A DNA stretch of 64,000 nucleotides from an uncultured Polyangiales bacterium. Its GTDB lineage: Bacteria > Myxococcota_A > Polyangia > Polyangiales > JADJMO01. The notes beneath the pieces are model-generated. The model was not told where the DNA came from and did not search any database. It saw nothing but the letters and a program-made list of their open reading frames with translations. Numbering within the stretch: the first letter of the stretch is position 1; each line of letters begins with the position of its first letter. Positions 42,642 through 51,367 of the stretch are shown here, piece after piece. The DNA is taken from contig CAZUZY010000003.1 in assembly GCA_964624885.1 (NCBI GenBank), positions 2,891 through 66,890 on the forward strand, read 5' to 3'. The translations under genes and the position numbers were made by a program.

Positions 42642-43016
42642 TCACTCGGCGGAGGTGATGTCGTCGCCGGTCCCGGCGGCGCCGTCCGGGCCGACGCTGA
42701 ACACGACGTAGAGGCCGACGCCGCAGTGGACTCGATACGCATGGCCCCACGGGTCTCGCTCGCGCGCATCGGGCGCGAGGAGCTTCGCCTTCTTGAGGTC
42801 GCCGATCGTCGGGCAGTACTCCTCGGGCGTGTGGTTGCCCGCGACCGCGAGGGGCTCGGGGACCTTCTCCGCGATCCATCGACCGGCCGCGGCTCGGATG
42901 GAGAGGACGTCCGCGCGCGTCGACTCCACCTGCGCGGGCGTTGCCGACCGGGGTGTCGAGGCGCCGCAGGCGGCGGTCGCGGCCAAGAGCAGCCACACCA
43001 CGAACGGGTCGCGCAT
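42642..43016 (-). CDS. GspG-like (type II secretion pseudopilin C-terminal domain) protein with lipoprotein-type signal
   Basis: ATG 43016 gives MRDPFVVWLLLAATAACGAS...CPTIGDLKKAKLL...RDPWGHAYRVHCGVGLYVVFSVGPDGAAGTGDDI. This is the T2SS-G signature, but there is no prepilin G/FTLIE leader. Confidence 0.7.
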   Translation of the reverse strand: MRDPFVVWLLLAATAACGASTPRSATPAQVESTRADVLSIRAAAGRWIAEKVPEPLAVAGNHTPEEYCPTIGDLKKAKLLAPDARERDPWGHAYRVHCGVGLYVVFSVGPDGAAGTGDDITSAE

Positions 43017-43236
43017 GGCGTCCAGGATAGGGCCGGATGGGAGCTGGGCAAGCGCGCCCCCGACCGCGCGGGCTGCCCTCACCAGGTCCTTACCAAGCTG
43101 GTCTCGACCGCGGCAATCGACGCGACGATGGATCGACGCCCCCACCCGACCATGAAGAAGAGAAGGACGAGCGCGGTGCGAACAGCCGGCGCCCGTCTCG
43201 CGCGCGCAGCGCTCGCGGTCCCCATCGTCGCGGCCG

Positions 43237-43677
43237 TCAGCCCTTTGCGGCGACCGCACCGACGGGGTCGAACTCCACCCAGGCCGATTCCTTGCGAGCC
43301 TCTCCCCGGAAGGGCGTGAACACACAGTCCACCTCGAAGCCAACCGTCACCATCGCCACGTCCTTGCCGGCGCGGAGCGCAGGTCGTCCGAGCTCCACCA
43401 CGATGCCGCCCATGCTGTCCTCCATCTCCACCGCGTACGACGAGACGTAGCGCACACCGCGGCTCGTGAACGACCTCCAGCGGACGCGGAGGCGCACGGG
43501 ACCCCTGAGCGTGCAGACCGAGACTGTCCCTTGCCAGGCGGTGGTGTCGGCCGGCACGATCACATCGGGCGGCAGCCGTGCGCTCAGATCGAACTCCTCG
43601 ATCGTGCCACGTGGCGTCGATGGTCGGCAGCCCAGGCTCACGAGCGAGAAGATGAAGCCGCTCGACCGCCCCCTCAT
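43237..43677 (-). CDS. Lipoprotein, hypothetical
   Basis: ATG 43677 gives MRGRSSGFIFSLVSLGC (lipobox). 146 aa, beta-rich, balanced composition. Confidence 0.65.
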   Translation of the reverse strand: MRGRSSGFIFSLVSLGCRPSTPRGTIEEFDLSARLPPDVIVPADTTAWQGTVSVCTLRGPVRLRVRWRSFTSRGVRYVSSYAVEMEDSMGGIVVELGRPALRAGKDVAMVTVGFEVDCVFTPFRGEARKESAWVEFDPVGAVAAKG

Positions 43678-43710
43678 CGACCCCCAGTCTACGCGCACTC
43701 CCGCCGTCCG

Positions 43711-44334
43711 TCAGCCGACGCAGCGGCCGAAGCCGCACACGAAGCGGCCGGCGACGAGGCTGTAGGCGCAGTAGCCTCGGGGGGTCTTTCCGGTGGGCGA
43801 AGCGAGGACGCAGTCCTCGTCGTCGATGCAGGCGTCGCGGGGGCCGTGGCAGTACCAGCCCGCGATGCCGCGGTAATGGCCGCACTGGAGGTCTGGTGAG
43901 GGGGAGCAATAGCCGCCTGGGCCACAGTCCGCGTCGGTACGACAGCCTGCCGGCAGACAGCTGTGGGGTCGGGCGTTCTGGGTGTGCGCGTAGTCGACGC
44001 CGCACATGCACATCTGGCCGTCGAGGCAGTCGGTGTCCACCCGGCACCGCGCTTCTGTGCACGTGTGGTCCTCGCATCGAGGTTCGCGGCCCTTGCAGTC
44101 CCCGTCGACGTTGCACTGCTGGTCGGTCGAGCGGCGCGTGGGCAGGTCGGTGCAGGCCATGGCCATGGGGCGGTGGAGCTTCGGGACGCGGACCGGCACC
44201 GCCGACTGCGTCGCGCCAGGCGGCGGTAGGGGTTCGTCCGCCGGGGCCTTCCGTTGCGGACGCCGACACGCGAGGTCCAGCACGAAGACCCCTGCGGCGG
44301 CGAAGAGGATCGACCCGGCGCGGCGAGCACGCAT
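43711..44334 (-). CDS. Cysteine-rich secreted protein
   Basis: ATG 44334 gives MRARRAGSILFAAAGVFVLDLAC. About 24 Cys occur in patterns such as CNVDGDCKGREPRCEDHTC, CRVDTDCLDGQMC and CRTDADCGPGGYC. Confidence 0.7.
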   Translation of the reverse strand: MRARRAGSILFAAAGVFVLDLACRRPQRKAPADEPLPPPGATQSAVPVRVPKLHRPMAMACTDLPTRRSTDQQCNVDGDCKGREPRCEDHTCTEARCRVDTDCLDGQMCMCGVDYAHTQNARPHSCLPAGCRTDADCGPGGYCSPSPDLQCGHYRGIAGWYCHGPRDACIDDEDCVLASPTGKTPRGYCAYSLVAGRFVCGFGRCVG

Positions 44335-44488
44335 GGGGCCAAGGTCGCAGAGGACGAGCACGTGCGCCAGCTCCACCGAAGCCGCGCTCCCGCCGCGCGG
44401 CGTTCGAGGTGACGGCCTGGGGCAGCGCGGCGCCGAAGGTCTGCTGGCCATGCAGCGGGCGTATCAGGCGCCGGCAAGGGACCGCCGA

Positions 44489-44764
44489 TCAGGGAGCCGG
44501 CGTCGAGCCTGTGGGCGACGCGCTCTCGCTCGCGCTGGTGCTCGTGCTGGTGCTCGGCTCCGGGTGCGCCGTGTGGGGCACCGGCCGCGAGGGGCCGCCG
44601 TAGCAAGCGGCCAGCGTGACCGCGAGCCCCGCGCTGCCGAGGAACCCCGCGAGCGCGTACCGCGAGCGACCGCGGAACGTCTCGGTCGTGCCGCACTCGC
44701 TGCACGCGCCCTCGTGCGCCTCGCGCACGATCCCACACCCCACGCACCGAACGATGTCCGTCAT
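44489..44764 (-). CDS. Zinc-ribbon membrane protein, small
   Basis: ATG 44764 is preceded by GGAGGT. MTDIVRCVGCGIVREAHEGACSECG carries a CxxC...CxxC pair, followed by the TM helix YALAGFLGSAGLAVTLAACY and a Ser/Thr-rich tail. Confidence 0.7.
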   Translation of the reverse strand: MTDIVRCVGCGIVREAHEGACSECGTTETFRGRSRYALAGFLGSAGLAVTLAACYGGPSRPVPHTAHPEPSTSTSTSASESASPTGSTPAP

Positions 44765-44803
44765 GTGACCTCCAGGCAGAGCAACGACCCCGCCCTTCGA
44801 CAC

Positions 44804-45754
44804 TTACACCACGATCTCGTCGATCGGCACGACTCCCAGCTCGTGACGCACCTCGGCGAGGGGCCGGGCGAGGTCGGCCCGGAAATCCCAGTCCGCGGAG
44901 AGGTCCTTGCGCACGCGCGCGCCCCGCAGGTGGTGGCGGAGGAACCGCGCGGGGTCGATCTGGTCGGGCACGCCGGGCGCGAACGGCGAGATGACGAGCC
45001 CCACCTGGAACTGCAGCGCCACGGTGAAGAGCCAGAAGAACGGGTCCTCCTTGCGGAAGCCCGCCATGAAGGCGACCACCTCGGCCTCGCCGACCGGATC
45101 GATCGGGTAGCCCCCGACCACGTGCAGCATGTCGTGCCACGCGCCGCGCTCGCCGATGCCGTCGTCTTCACCGGGAAAGGAGAGGCCGTTGCCCACGATG
45201 AACGAGAAGTACGCGTGGCCGAGCGTGCCCTCCGGGAGCTCGCCGAGCGCGATCCAGCGCTGCGCGGTGCGCGCGTCGGAGCCCACGCCGAGCAGCGGGC
45301 CGAAGGTGTGGAACACGCCGCGGACGCCCTCCTCGCGGAACGTGCGGATCAGCTCGTCCTTCGCGTAGCCGCGGCGGGTGAGGTCCCACCGCATGAGGCC
45401 CACGTGGCCCTCGGCGAGCTGGCGGAGGTTGTGCACGCGCGGCTCGTGCACCGCGAGGGCGCGCGCGGCCGCCTCGACGACCGTGGCCTCGGCGGGGCTG
45501 CCGGCGCCGTCCATGATGGCCATGAGCAGCATCGACTGCACCACGCGCTCGGACTCCTCGGGGGAGAGGCCCGCGGCCGCGAGCTCGACGGGCTCGATCG
45601 GTGTGAGCGCCGCGGCGGTGCGTCCGACGGCGCGGGCGGCGGCGTCGAGCAGCGCGCGCTCCTTGGCGGTCACCTCGCCGTCGGCGACGGCCACGGTGTG
45701 CATCGCGCGGAGCAACACCTCGGCGTGGGGTTCCTCGACGGCGAAGACGAACAT
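44804..45754 (-). CDS. Coq4-family-like protein with N-terminal TerB-like helical region
   Basis: 316-aa ORF. WHDMLHVVGGYPIDPVGEAEVVAF fits the COQ4 HDxxH-x(10-13)-E metal motif. The N-terminal ~100 aa (LRAMHTVAVADGEVTAKERALLDAAA) are TerB-like. Confidence 0.7.
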   Translation of the reverse strand: MFVFAVEEPHAEVLLRAMHTVAVADGEVTAKERALLDAAARAVGRTAAALTPIEPVELAAAGLSPEESERVVQSMLLMAIMDGAGSPAEATVVEAAARALAVHEPRVHNLRQLAEGHVGLMRWDLTRRGYAKDELIRTFREEGVRGVFHTFGPLLGVGSDARTAQRWIALGELPEGTLGHAYFSFIVGNGLSFPGEDDGIGERGAWHDMLHVVGGYPIDPVGEAEVVAFMAGFRKEDPFFWLFTVALQFQVGLVISPFAPGVPDQIDPARFLRHHLRGARVRKDLSADWDFRADLARPLAEVRHELGVVPIDEIVV

Positions 45755-45852
45755 GTCCTCAATCGAGGGCAGGGAACGCCCGCCGTCAAGCCGTCTCGAG
45801 CCCGTTGTCGAGGCATCGGGCTGCTAGACTCGACCGCCTCGGAAAGCCCTGC

Positions 45853-47628
45853 ATGTCCCTCGCCCGCGCGCGCGCCGCCCTCCCGCACGACCCCGAAGGC
45901 GCCCTCGACGAGCTCTTGCTCGCCTGGGAGAACACCCGCTCGCCCGAGGTCGCCGACCTGGTCGACGCGCTCGACGCGCGGTTCCAGGCCGCGCGGCCGC
46001 CGATCGCGCTCGTCGAGCCGGGCGACGGCGAGTTCCGCGCCGTGCAGCGTCGCGGCCAGCGCAGCGATCTCGGGCGCCTGCTCGCCGCGGCCGATCCGAC
46101 CGGACAGTGGGCCTTCGCGCGCATCGGCCTGCTCGACAGCCTCACCGACCCGCGGCTGTCGCGCGCGCTCGTGGGCTTCGCGGCGCGCATCACCCCCGAC
46201 TACCACCACCACTGGTACACGGTCGTGCGCGTGTTCAAGCGCATCAAGGACGTCCGGGTCGTCCCCGCGCTGCGCGCCGCGCTCGAGCGCTGGCCCTGCC
46301 CGGACGACGCCTACGGCAACGCGCTGAAGAAGCAGGCCGCGGATCTGGCGACCAAGCTCGAAAAGCTCGACGTCGCGCTCTCGCCCACCGACGCGAGCCT
46401 CGTGCCGGTGTTGCGCGCGGCGATCGCGGAGACGGTGGTCGGGAACACCCCCAAGAAACCCGTCGCGCCGCCCGCGAGGAGCTCGTCGACGGCGTCGGTC
46501 GAAGAGCACCTCACCTCGGCGCGCGACGCCCTCGCGTCGTCGCCCCCCGCGGCCGAGCCCGCGCTCGCCGCGTTGCTCACTGCCTACGCCGGTCGACGCG
46601 ACGCGAAGCTGGCCGACCTGGTCGAGCAGGTCTCGCTCCTCGTGACGCGGGAGCCGCTCGTCGACGCGCCTCCGGCGGCCGCGCTCGACGCTTGGCTCGA
46701 GTGCTGGGGCGCGGCGGACCCACTCGACCTCGGGCGCCTCGTCGCCGGCCTCCGGATCGGGACGGTCAAGCAGATCATCCAGCGCCTCGAGGCCTTCGGC
46801 ACCCGGCCACACGACCCGCGGATCGCGGGGGCAGCGTTCGATCTCCTGAAGGACCAGCCGTTTCGCTCCCGTGGCGCGCGGCCGCTCTACCCGGCCGCGC
46901 TCGCCCTCCTGTGCGCGACCGCCGATCCGCGTGTCGAGACCATGCTCGACGTCCTCGCCCGCGATCACGTCCCGGCGGATGGGGTCGAGGGTGGGGTCGA
47001 CTTCCGCAACTTCTTCGTCGGTGCGGTCCGACGCGCCACCAAGGAGCAGCCCCGCGTCGCGCCGTCGCCCCCGCTCGACGCGACGTCGAGCGCCCTCGTC
47101 GCGGCGGTGGCGCAGCGGTCGTCGGACCTCGCGCGGTCCCGCCTCACCCGTCGCGCGTCGCACGACGAGCTCCTCCGCCGGATCTGGGCCGACCCGGCGA
47201 ACGACGAGACGCGCATGGTCTACGCCGACCTGCTCATGGAGGAGGGCCAGCCGCACGGCGAGCTCATCGCGCTGCAGATCGAGCGCGCGCGGACCGGTGG
47301 CGTGATCACGCCGCGCGAGAAGAAGCTGCTCCGCGAGCACGCCCGCGAGTTCCTCGGCCCGCTGGCGCCGGCGGTCACCCTCACCGGTCTCGAGTTCGAG
47401 CGGGGCTTCGCCGTGCAGGTCGAGCTGCGCGACAAGGTCCTGCCGGAGATCGCGGCGCTGACCACCCACCCCGCGTGGTCGACGGTGAAGCTGGCGCTGG
47501 CCTTCACCCAGATGCGCACGTACCCGGCGCTGGTCGCCCACCTGCAGGCGCTCGGCGCGGTGGTGGTCCCGAACCGTCAGCTGTTCCGCGAGCACCAGGC
47601 GAAACGGCCCCCGCCGGCGCAGGGGTAG
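45853..47628 (+). CDS. Helical repeat protein carrying an internal TIGR02996-type repeat-companion domain
   Basis: ATG 45853, MSLARARAALPHDPEGALDELLLAWENTRSPEV.... Two similar halves are followed by LLRRIWADPANDETRMVYADLLMEEGQPHGELIALQIERA, the companion-domain signature (recalled). Confidence 0.75.
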   Translation: MSLARARAALPHDPEGALDELLLAWENTRSPEVADLVDALDARFQAARPPIALVEPGDGEFRAVQRRGQRSDLGRLLAAADPTGQWAFARIGLLDSLTDPRLSRALVGFAARITPDYHHHWYTVVRVFKRIKDVRVVPALRAALERWPCPDDAYGNALKKQAADLATKLEKLDVALSPTDASLVPVLRAAIAETVVGNTPKKPVAPPARSSSTASVEEHLTSARDALASSPPAAEPALAALLTAYAGRRDAKLADLVEQVSLLVTREPLVDAPPAAALDAWLECWGAADPLDLGRLVAGLRIGTVKQIIQRLEAFGTRPHDPRIAGAAFDLLKDQPFRSRGARPLYPAALALLCATADPRVETMLDVLARDHVPADGVEGGVDFRNFFVGAVRRATKEQPRVAPSPPLDATSSALVAAVAQRSSDLARSRLTRRASHDELLRRIWADPANDETRMVYADLLMEEGQPHGELIALQIERARTGGVITPREKKLLREHAREFLGPLAPAVTLTGLEFERGFAVQVELRDKVLPEIAALTTHPAWSTVKLALAFTQMRTYPALVAHLQALGAVVVPNRQLFREHQAKRPPPAQG

Positions 47629-47693
47629 TCGCCGGCGAAACGGCGGCGATCGACCTCGCGGTGGACTCCGTGAGCCTCTGCTACGACTCGAGG

Positions 47694-48209
47694 ATGCGGA
47701 GACGGCTCGCCTTGATCCTGCTCGCGACGACGGCCTGCGGCGGAAGGGTGCAGGAGACCGCGGACAGTGGCGTCGACGCGCCGGTGGATTTCGCGACGCG
47801 GCTCGCGACCTACTGCACGCGCATGGAGGCGAGGGCCACGCGGTGTGGCGCCACTCCGACAGCCTGTGTCGCGAGCATCCCGTGCATCCTCACGACGTAC
47901 GATCCGCGCACCGTTTCGCTCCTGGACTGCCTCGAGGTGGCCCCGTGCGGGGAAGATGCCCTGGTCTGCATGGAGAAGGTGACCGCGTCGTTGCCGAGGA
48001 CGGGCCTCGTCGCGAAGCTCACCTTCGCGTGTGCAGACGACGCCACCAAGGGCGGTCCGGGCTGTGACCCTCACATCGTCGCGTTGTTGCCGCTGTTCAC
48101 TGCCACGATGATCGACCAGGCCGGGAGGTGTCCGACCGTGCCGGTGGGCTCCCTCGGTCCCTGCCTGGACCGGCTCATGGACTCGATGTTAAGCGCCTGC
48201 AAGGGATAG
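47694..48209 (+). CDS. Cys-rich lipoprotein, hypothetical
   Basis: ATG 47694 gives MRRRLALILLATTACGG (lipobox). 171 aa with about 14 Cys. Confidence 0.7.
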   Translation: MRRRLALILLATTACGGRVQETADSGVDAPVDFATRLATYCTRMEARATRCGATPTACVASIPCILTTYDPRTVSLLDCLEVAPCGEDALVCMEKVTASLPRTGLVAKLTFACADDATKGGPGCDPHIVALLPLFTATMIDQAGRCPTVPVGSLGPCLDRLMDSMLSACKG

Positions 48210-48258
48210 GAGCCAGGGGGTTCTTCTCGGCGGCGGGCGTCGCGCTAGATCCTGTCGG

Positions 48259-49515
48259 ATGTCGGCCATCGATCGCGCGCTGTTCGCGCAGCTCCTCGAG
48301 CACCCCGACGACGACGCGCCGCGGCTCGTCTACGCCGACGTGCTGTCGGGTGCGGGCGATCCGCGCGGGGAGCTCATCGCGCTGCAGTGCCGGCTCGCCG
48401 CGACCCCCGACGACGGCGCGCGTCGGCGGCTCCGCATCGCCGAGAACAAGCTGCTCGCCGCCCACGGGCCGGCGTGGGAGCGCGAGGTGCGCGAGGCCGT
48501 CGGCGACGAGATCTTCGAGCTCACCTGGAGGCGCGGTTTCATCCACCACCTGACGACGAGGTTCGAGGCCCTCGATCACGTCGCGGCGGTGGTGGAAGCC
48601 GCGCCCCTGCTCCGGTCCTGGACCGCCACCTCGCTGCAGCCTCTCCGAGACGTCGAGTCGCTCGCCGTCCTCTTCGCGGTGCCCGCCTTCGCGCAGCTCG
48701 ACACTCTGCACGTCGGCCTTCCGGTGGGGAACTCCCTGGCCTTCGCGGTCGCCGAGAGTCCGCACCTGCACGGGCTACGGTCCCTCACGGTCGAGGGCAG
48801 CGAGCTGCCGTTCGACCTGGCCGATCCGGACTCCGTGCCCCTCGACGCAGAGGGGGTTCGAGCCCTCTCGCAGGCGCCCACGCTCTCGAACCTGCGGAGC
48901 CTCGGCCTCGCCCAGGACGAGGTCGACGCGGTCGCGGTCGAGGCGCTCGCGGACGCCCGCTTCGCGCTCGAGCGGTTCACGCTGCGCAGCCTGGCCTTCG
49001 ACGACGAGGCCGCCCTCGTGCTCGCGACGCGACCGGAGTTCGGCTCCCTGCGACACCTCGAGCTGCGCTTCTCCAGCATGACCGCCCGCGGTGCGGCCGC
49101 GCTGGCGGGGTCGTCCTCGCTCGAGAGGCTCGAGTCGCTCGACCTCGAGGCGTGTCGCTTCGGGACGCGCGGCGGCCCCGCCTTCTTCCGCGCGCTGCGG
49201 CTGCCGGCGCTGCACACCCTGCGGCTGAAGGGCGCCGAGATGGGCGACGAGGGCGTCCGTGCGCTGCTCGCCCATCCCGTCGCGCGCTCGCTCCGCACGC
49301 TCGACCTCGGCATCAACCGGCTGTCGGCCGGGGGCTTGCTGGACCTCGCGCGCGCACCGTCTCTCTCCGGCCTCGAGCGCTTGCTCCTGAACGACGACAG
49401 CATCGACGAGGACACCGTCGCTGCGTTCGCGGCCTCGAAGCCGCTCGCCGGTTGCAAGGTCTACCTCGGTGGTCGCCTGGTCGCCCGCGGCAAGCGCAAG
49501 AAGCGCGGGGAGTGA
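48259..49515 (+). CDS. TIGR02996-domain + RNI-like leucine-rich repeat protein
   Basis: The N-terminus is LFAQLLEHPDDDAPRLVYADVLSGAGDPRGELIALQCRLA. About 28-aa LRRs follow: LRSLGLAQDEVDAVAVEALA, LRHLELRFSSMTARGAAALA, LHTLRLKGAEMGDEGVRALL, LRTLDLGINRLSAGGLLDLA. Confidence 0.85.
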   Translation: MSAIDRALFAQLLEHPDDDAPRLVYADVLSGAGDPRGELIALQCRLAATPDDGARRRLRIAENKLLAAHGPAWEREVREAVGDEIFELTWRRGFIHHLTTRFEALDHVAAVVEAAPLLRSWTATSLQPLRDVESLAVLFAVPAFAQLDTLHVGLPVGNSLAFAVAESPHLHGLRSLTVEGSELPFDLADPDSVPLDAEGVRALSQAPTLSNLRSLGLAQDEVDAVAVEALADARFALERFTLRSLAFDDEAALVLATRPEFGSLRHLELRFSSMTARGAAALAGSSSLERLESLDLEACRFGTRGGPAFFRALRLPALHTLRLKGAEMGDEGVRALLAHPVARSLRTLDLGINRLSAGGLLDLARAPSLSGLERLLLNDDSIDEDTVAAFAASKPLAGCKVYLGGRLVARGKRKKRGE

Positions 49516-49579
49516 GGCCTCGCGGCGCTCGGCCCGCGGCTGCGCGAAACGAACCTCGCTCGGCGACGTTGAGGGAGAG

Positions 49580-50371
49580 GTGCGCTCCCTCGCCCTCCTC
49601 ACCATCGTCCTCCTCGGCTGTGCGCGACCCTCTCCGCAGCCCGATCCTCCCCGCGCGGAGCCTCCCGCCGTGCCCGTCGTCGCGGCGTCGCCCAGCGTCG
49701 CACCGAACGGGGAGGCTGCGCCGTTCGCGCTGGTCGAGCTGTTCACGAGCGAGGGCTGCGACAGCTGCCCGTCGGCCGAGGGCGTCGCCTCGAAGCTCTC
49801 CCACGAGCCCTCGGTGTACGTCCTCACGTGGCACGTGGACTACTGGGACTACCTCGGCTGGAAGGACCCTTATTCGAGGAAGTCGTGGAGCGACCGGCAG
49901 CGTCTGCTCGCCAAGTTCCTCGGCACCGGTCTCTACACGCCGCAGCTCGTCGTCGACGGGCACGTGGAGATGCTCGGCAGCCACGCCAGCGCGGTGGACG
50001 AAGCCGTGAAGACGGCGCTCGCGGCCCCGCGCACGGTGGCCGTGCGCGGGCACCTCCGCGAGGAGAAGGGCGTGGTGTTCCTCGCCGTGAACGCCCTCGC
50101 AGTGTCCGAGGGCACCGTGCGCGCGGTGCTCGTCGAGGACGGGCTCGCGAGCCGGCCCACGAAGGGGGAGAACGCGGGCAAGCTGCTCCGCCACGACGGC
50201 GTGGTGCGCGCGGCGGCTTCGGCCCCCGTAAGCCCGACGCCGGTCGAGCTCGCCCTGCCGCTGCCCCCCGATGGCAAGCGCGCGCGGCTCGCCGTGGTGG
50301 CCTGGGTCGCGTCGCCCTCGGAGGCCGTCGTCGGGGCCGCGCGCTTCGAGCTGCCTGGCGTTGGTGAGTGA
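49580..50371 (+). CDS. DUF1223 thioredoxin-like lipoprotein
   Basis: GTG 49580 follows GAGGGAGA and gives VRSLALLTIVLLGC. VELFTSEGCDSCPSAE, WHVDYWDYLGWKDPYS and LYTPQLVVDG match the DUF1223 family pattern. Confidence 0.85.
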   Translation: MRSLALLTIVLLGCARPSPQPDPPRAEPPAVPVVAASPSVAPNGEAAPFALVELFTSEGCDSCPSAEGVASKLSHEPSVYVLTWHVDYWDYLGWKDPYSRKSWSDRQRLLAKFLGTGLYTPQLVVDGHVEMLGSHASAVDEAVKTALAAPRTVAVRGHLREEKGVVFLAVNALAVSEGTVRAVLVEDGLASRPTKGENAGKLLRHDGVVRAAASAPVSPTPVELALPLPPDGKRARLAVVAWVASPSEAVVGAARFELPGVGE

Positions 50372-50384
50372 AGGCCGACGCGAG

Positions 50385-50951
50385 TCACAACGGAGTGCGT
50401 CGAGCCTCTGCCCACTCGTCGCCCAATCCGAGGGTCGTGACCCAACGGTCGACATACGCGCCGTCGAGCGCTTCTCCAAGGGTCGCGACGATACCGGCGA
50501 CGTCCCGGCGCTGTCTTTCGGAGCCTCCCGCCATCCCCGACCACTCGAGCTTGGCTACGATGGTGTCTTCAGGTGACGCGACGAAGACCGGCACTTCCAG
50601 CAGGGTCGTCTTCCGCCTTCGCGAGAACTCCTCGAGGCTGAACGGCCTCTGCTTGCGAAGGATGAAGTCGACCTTCCAGCCGGACGCCAGGTCGATGACG
50701 TTGAACATCGATCGCCGGCGCATCGCGTCGCGGGCCGCGTCGAGGTCGACGTAGTAGTCAGCAGGAGACATGCGCGTGACGAGTGCCTCGAGTGCCGCCA
50801 CGGTCGGCGGGTCGATGACGATGTCCAGGTCTTGCGTCGTTCTGGGCGTGCCATGGATCGTGCTCGCGAAGGAGCCGGCGATCATGAAGGGGACTTCGGC
50901 TGCGTCGAGCAGGTCGACGAGGCGTCGAAGGAACCCTTGCAGCTGGCTCAT
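50385..50951 (-). CDS. Minimal nucleotidyltransferase-fold protein (Pol-beta superfamily)
   Basis: ATG 50951, 188 aa. FMIAGSFASTIHGTPRTTQDLDIVI matches the G-S-x(9-13)-D-x-D NTase signature. The start overlaps the stop of the upstream small gene by 4 nt (ATGA at 50948-50951). Confidence 0.75.
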   Translation of the reverse strand: MSQLQGFLRRLVDLLDAAEVPFMIAGSFASTIHGTPRTTQDLDIVIDPPTVAALEALVTRMSPADYYVDLDAARDAMRRRSMFNVIDLASGWKVDFILRKQRPFSLEEFSRRRKTTLLEVPVFVASPEDTIVAKLEWSGMAGGSERQRRDVAGIVATLGEALDGAYVDRWVTTLGLGDEWAEARRTPL

Positions 50952-51172
50952 CGCGGGCGTCGCGCGAGCTCGGCGTCCCAGCCGCGCTGCAGGACGCGTC
51001 GGCGAGCCTCGGTCTCGCTGAGCTCCGGGTGACGTCGACGTTCGCCTTGGATCGCGATCGCCCGCGCGTCCTCGCTCATCTCGGCGGCCAGCCGCCCTCG
51101 GCCTTCGGGGCCGAGCCGTCGCCACACCGCGAGCTGCGCTCGCCGCGCGGCCTCTGTCGTGTCGGACGGCAT
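50948..51172 (-). CDS. Small helical protein (74 aa), putative partner/antitoxin of the nucleotidyltransferase
   Basis: MPSDTTEAARRAQLAVWRRLGPEGRGRLAAEMSEDARAIAIQGERRRHPELSETEARRRVLQRGWDAELARRPR. It overlaps the downstream NTase gene. A paralog lies at 57097..57342. Confidence 0.65.
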   Translation of the reverse strand: MPSDTTEAARRAQLAVWRRLGPEGRGRLAAEMSEDARAIAIQGERRRHPELSETEARRRVLQRGWDAELARRPR

Positions 51173-51367
51173 GCGGCCAGTCTATCGCGGACCTCGGGCG
51201 ACGCCCACCCGGTGGCGTGCTTCCCACTGGAGACCGTCGTGATCGCGCGCGTGGTCGAACGACGACACTCCCCTGCCTCCGAGCGCGTCTGCCGTGATCG
51301 CGGGGCCACACCCATCCCTGGCGGGCCGCAGAATCGCCGGGGGCATGCGTCGTGCATCGTCCTCGGC

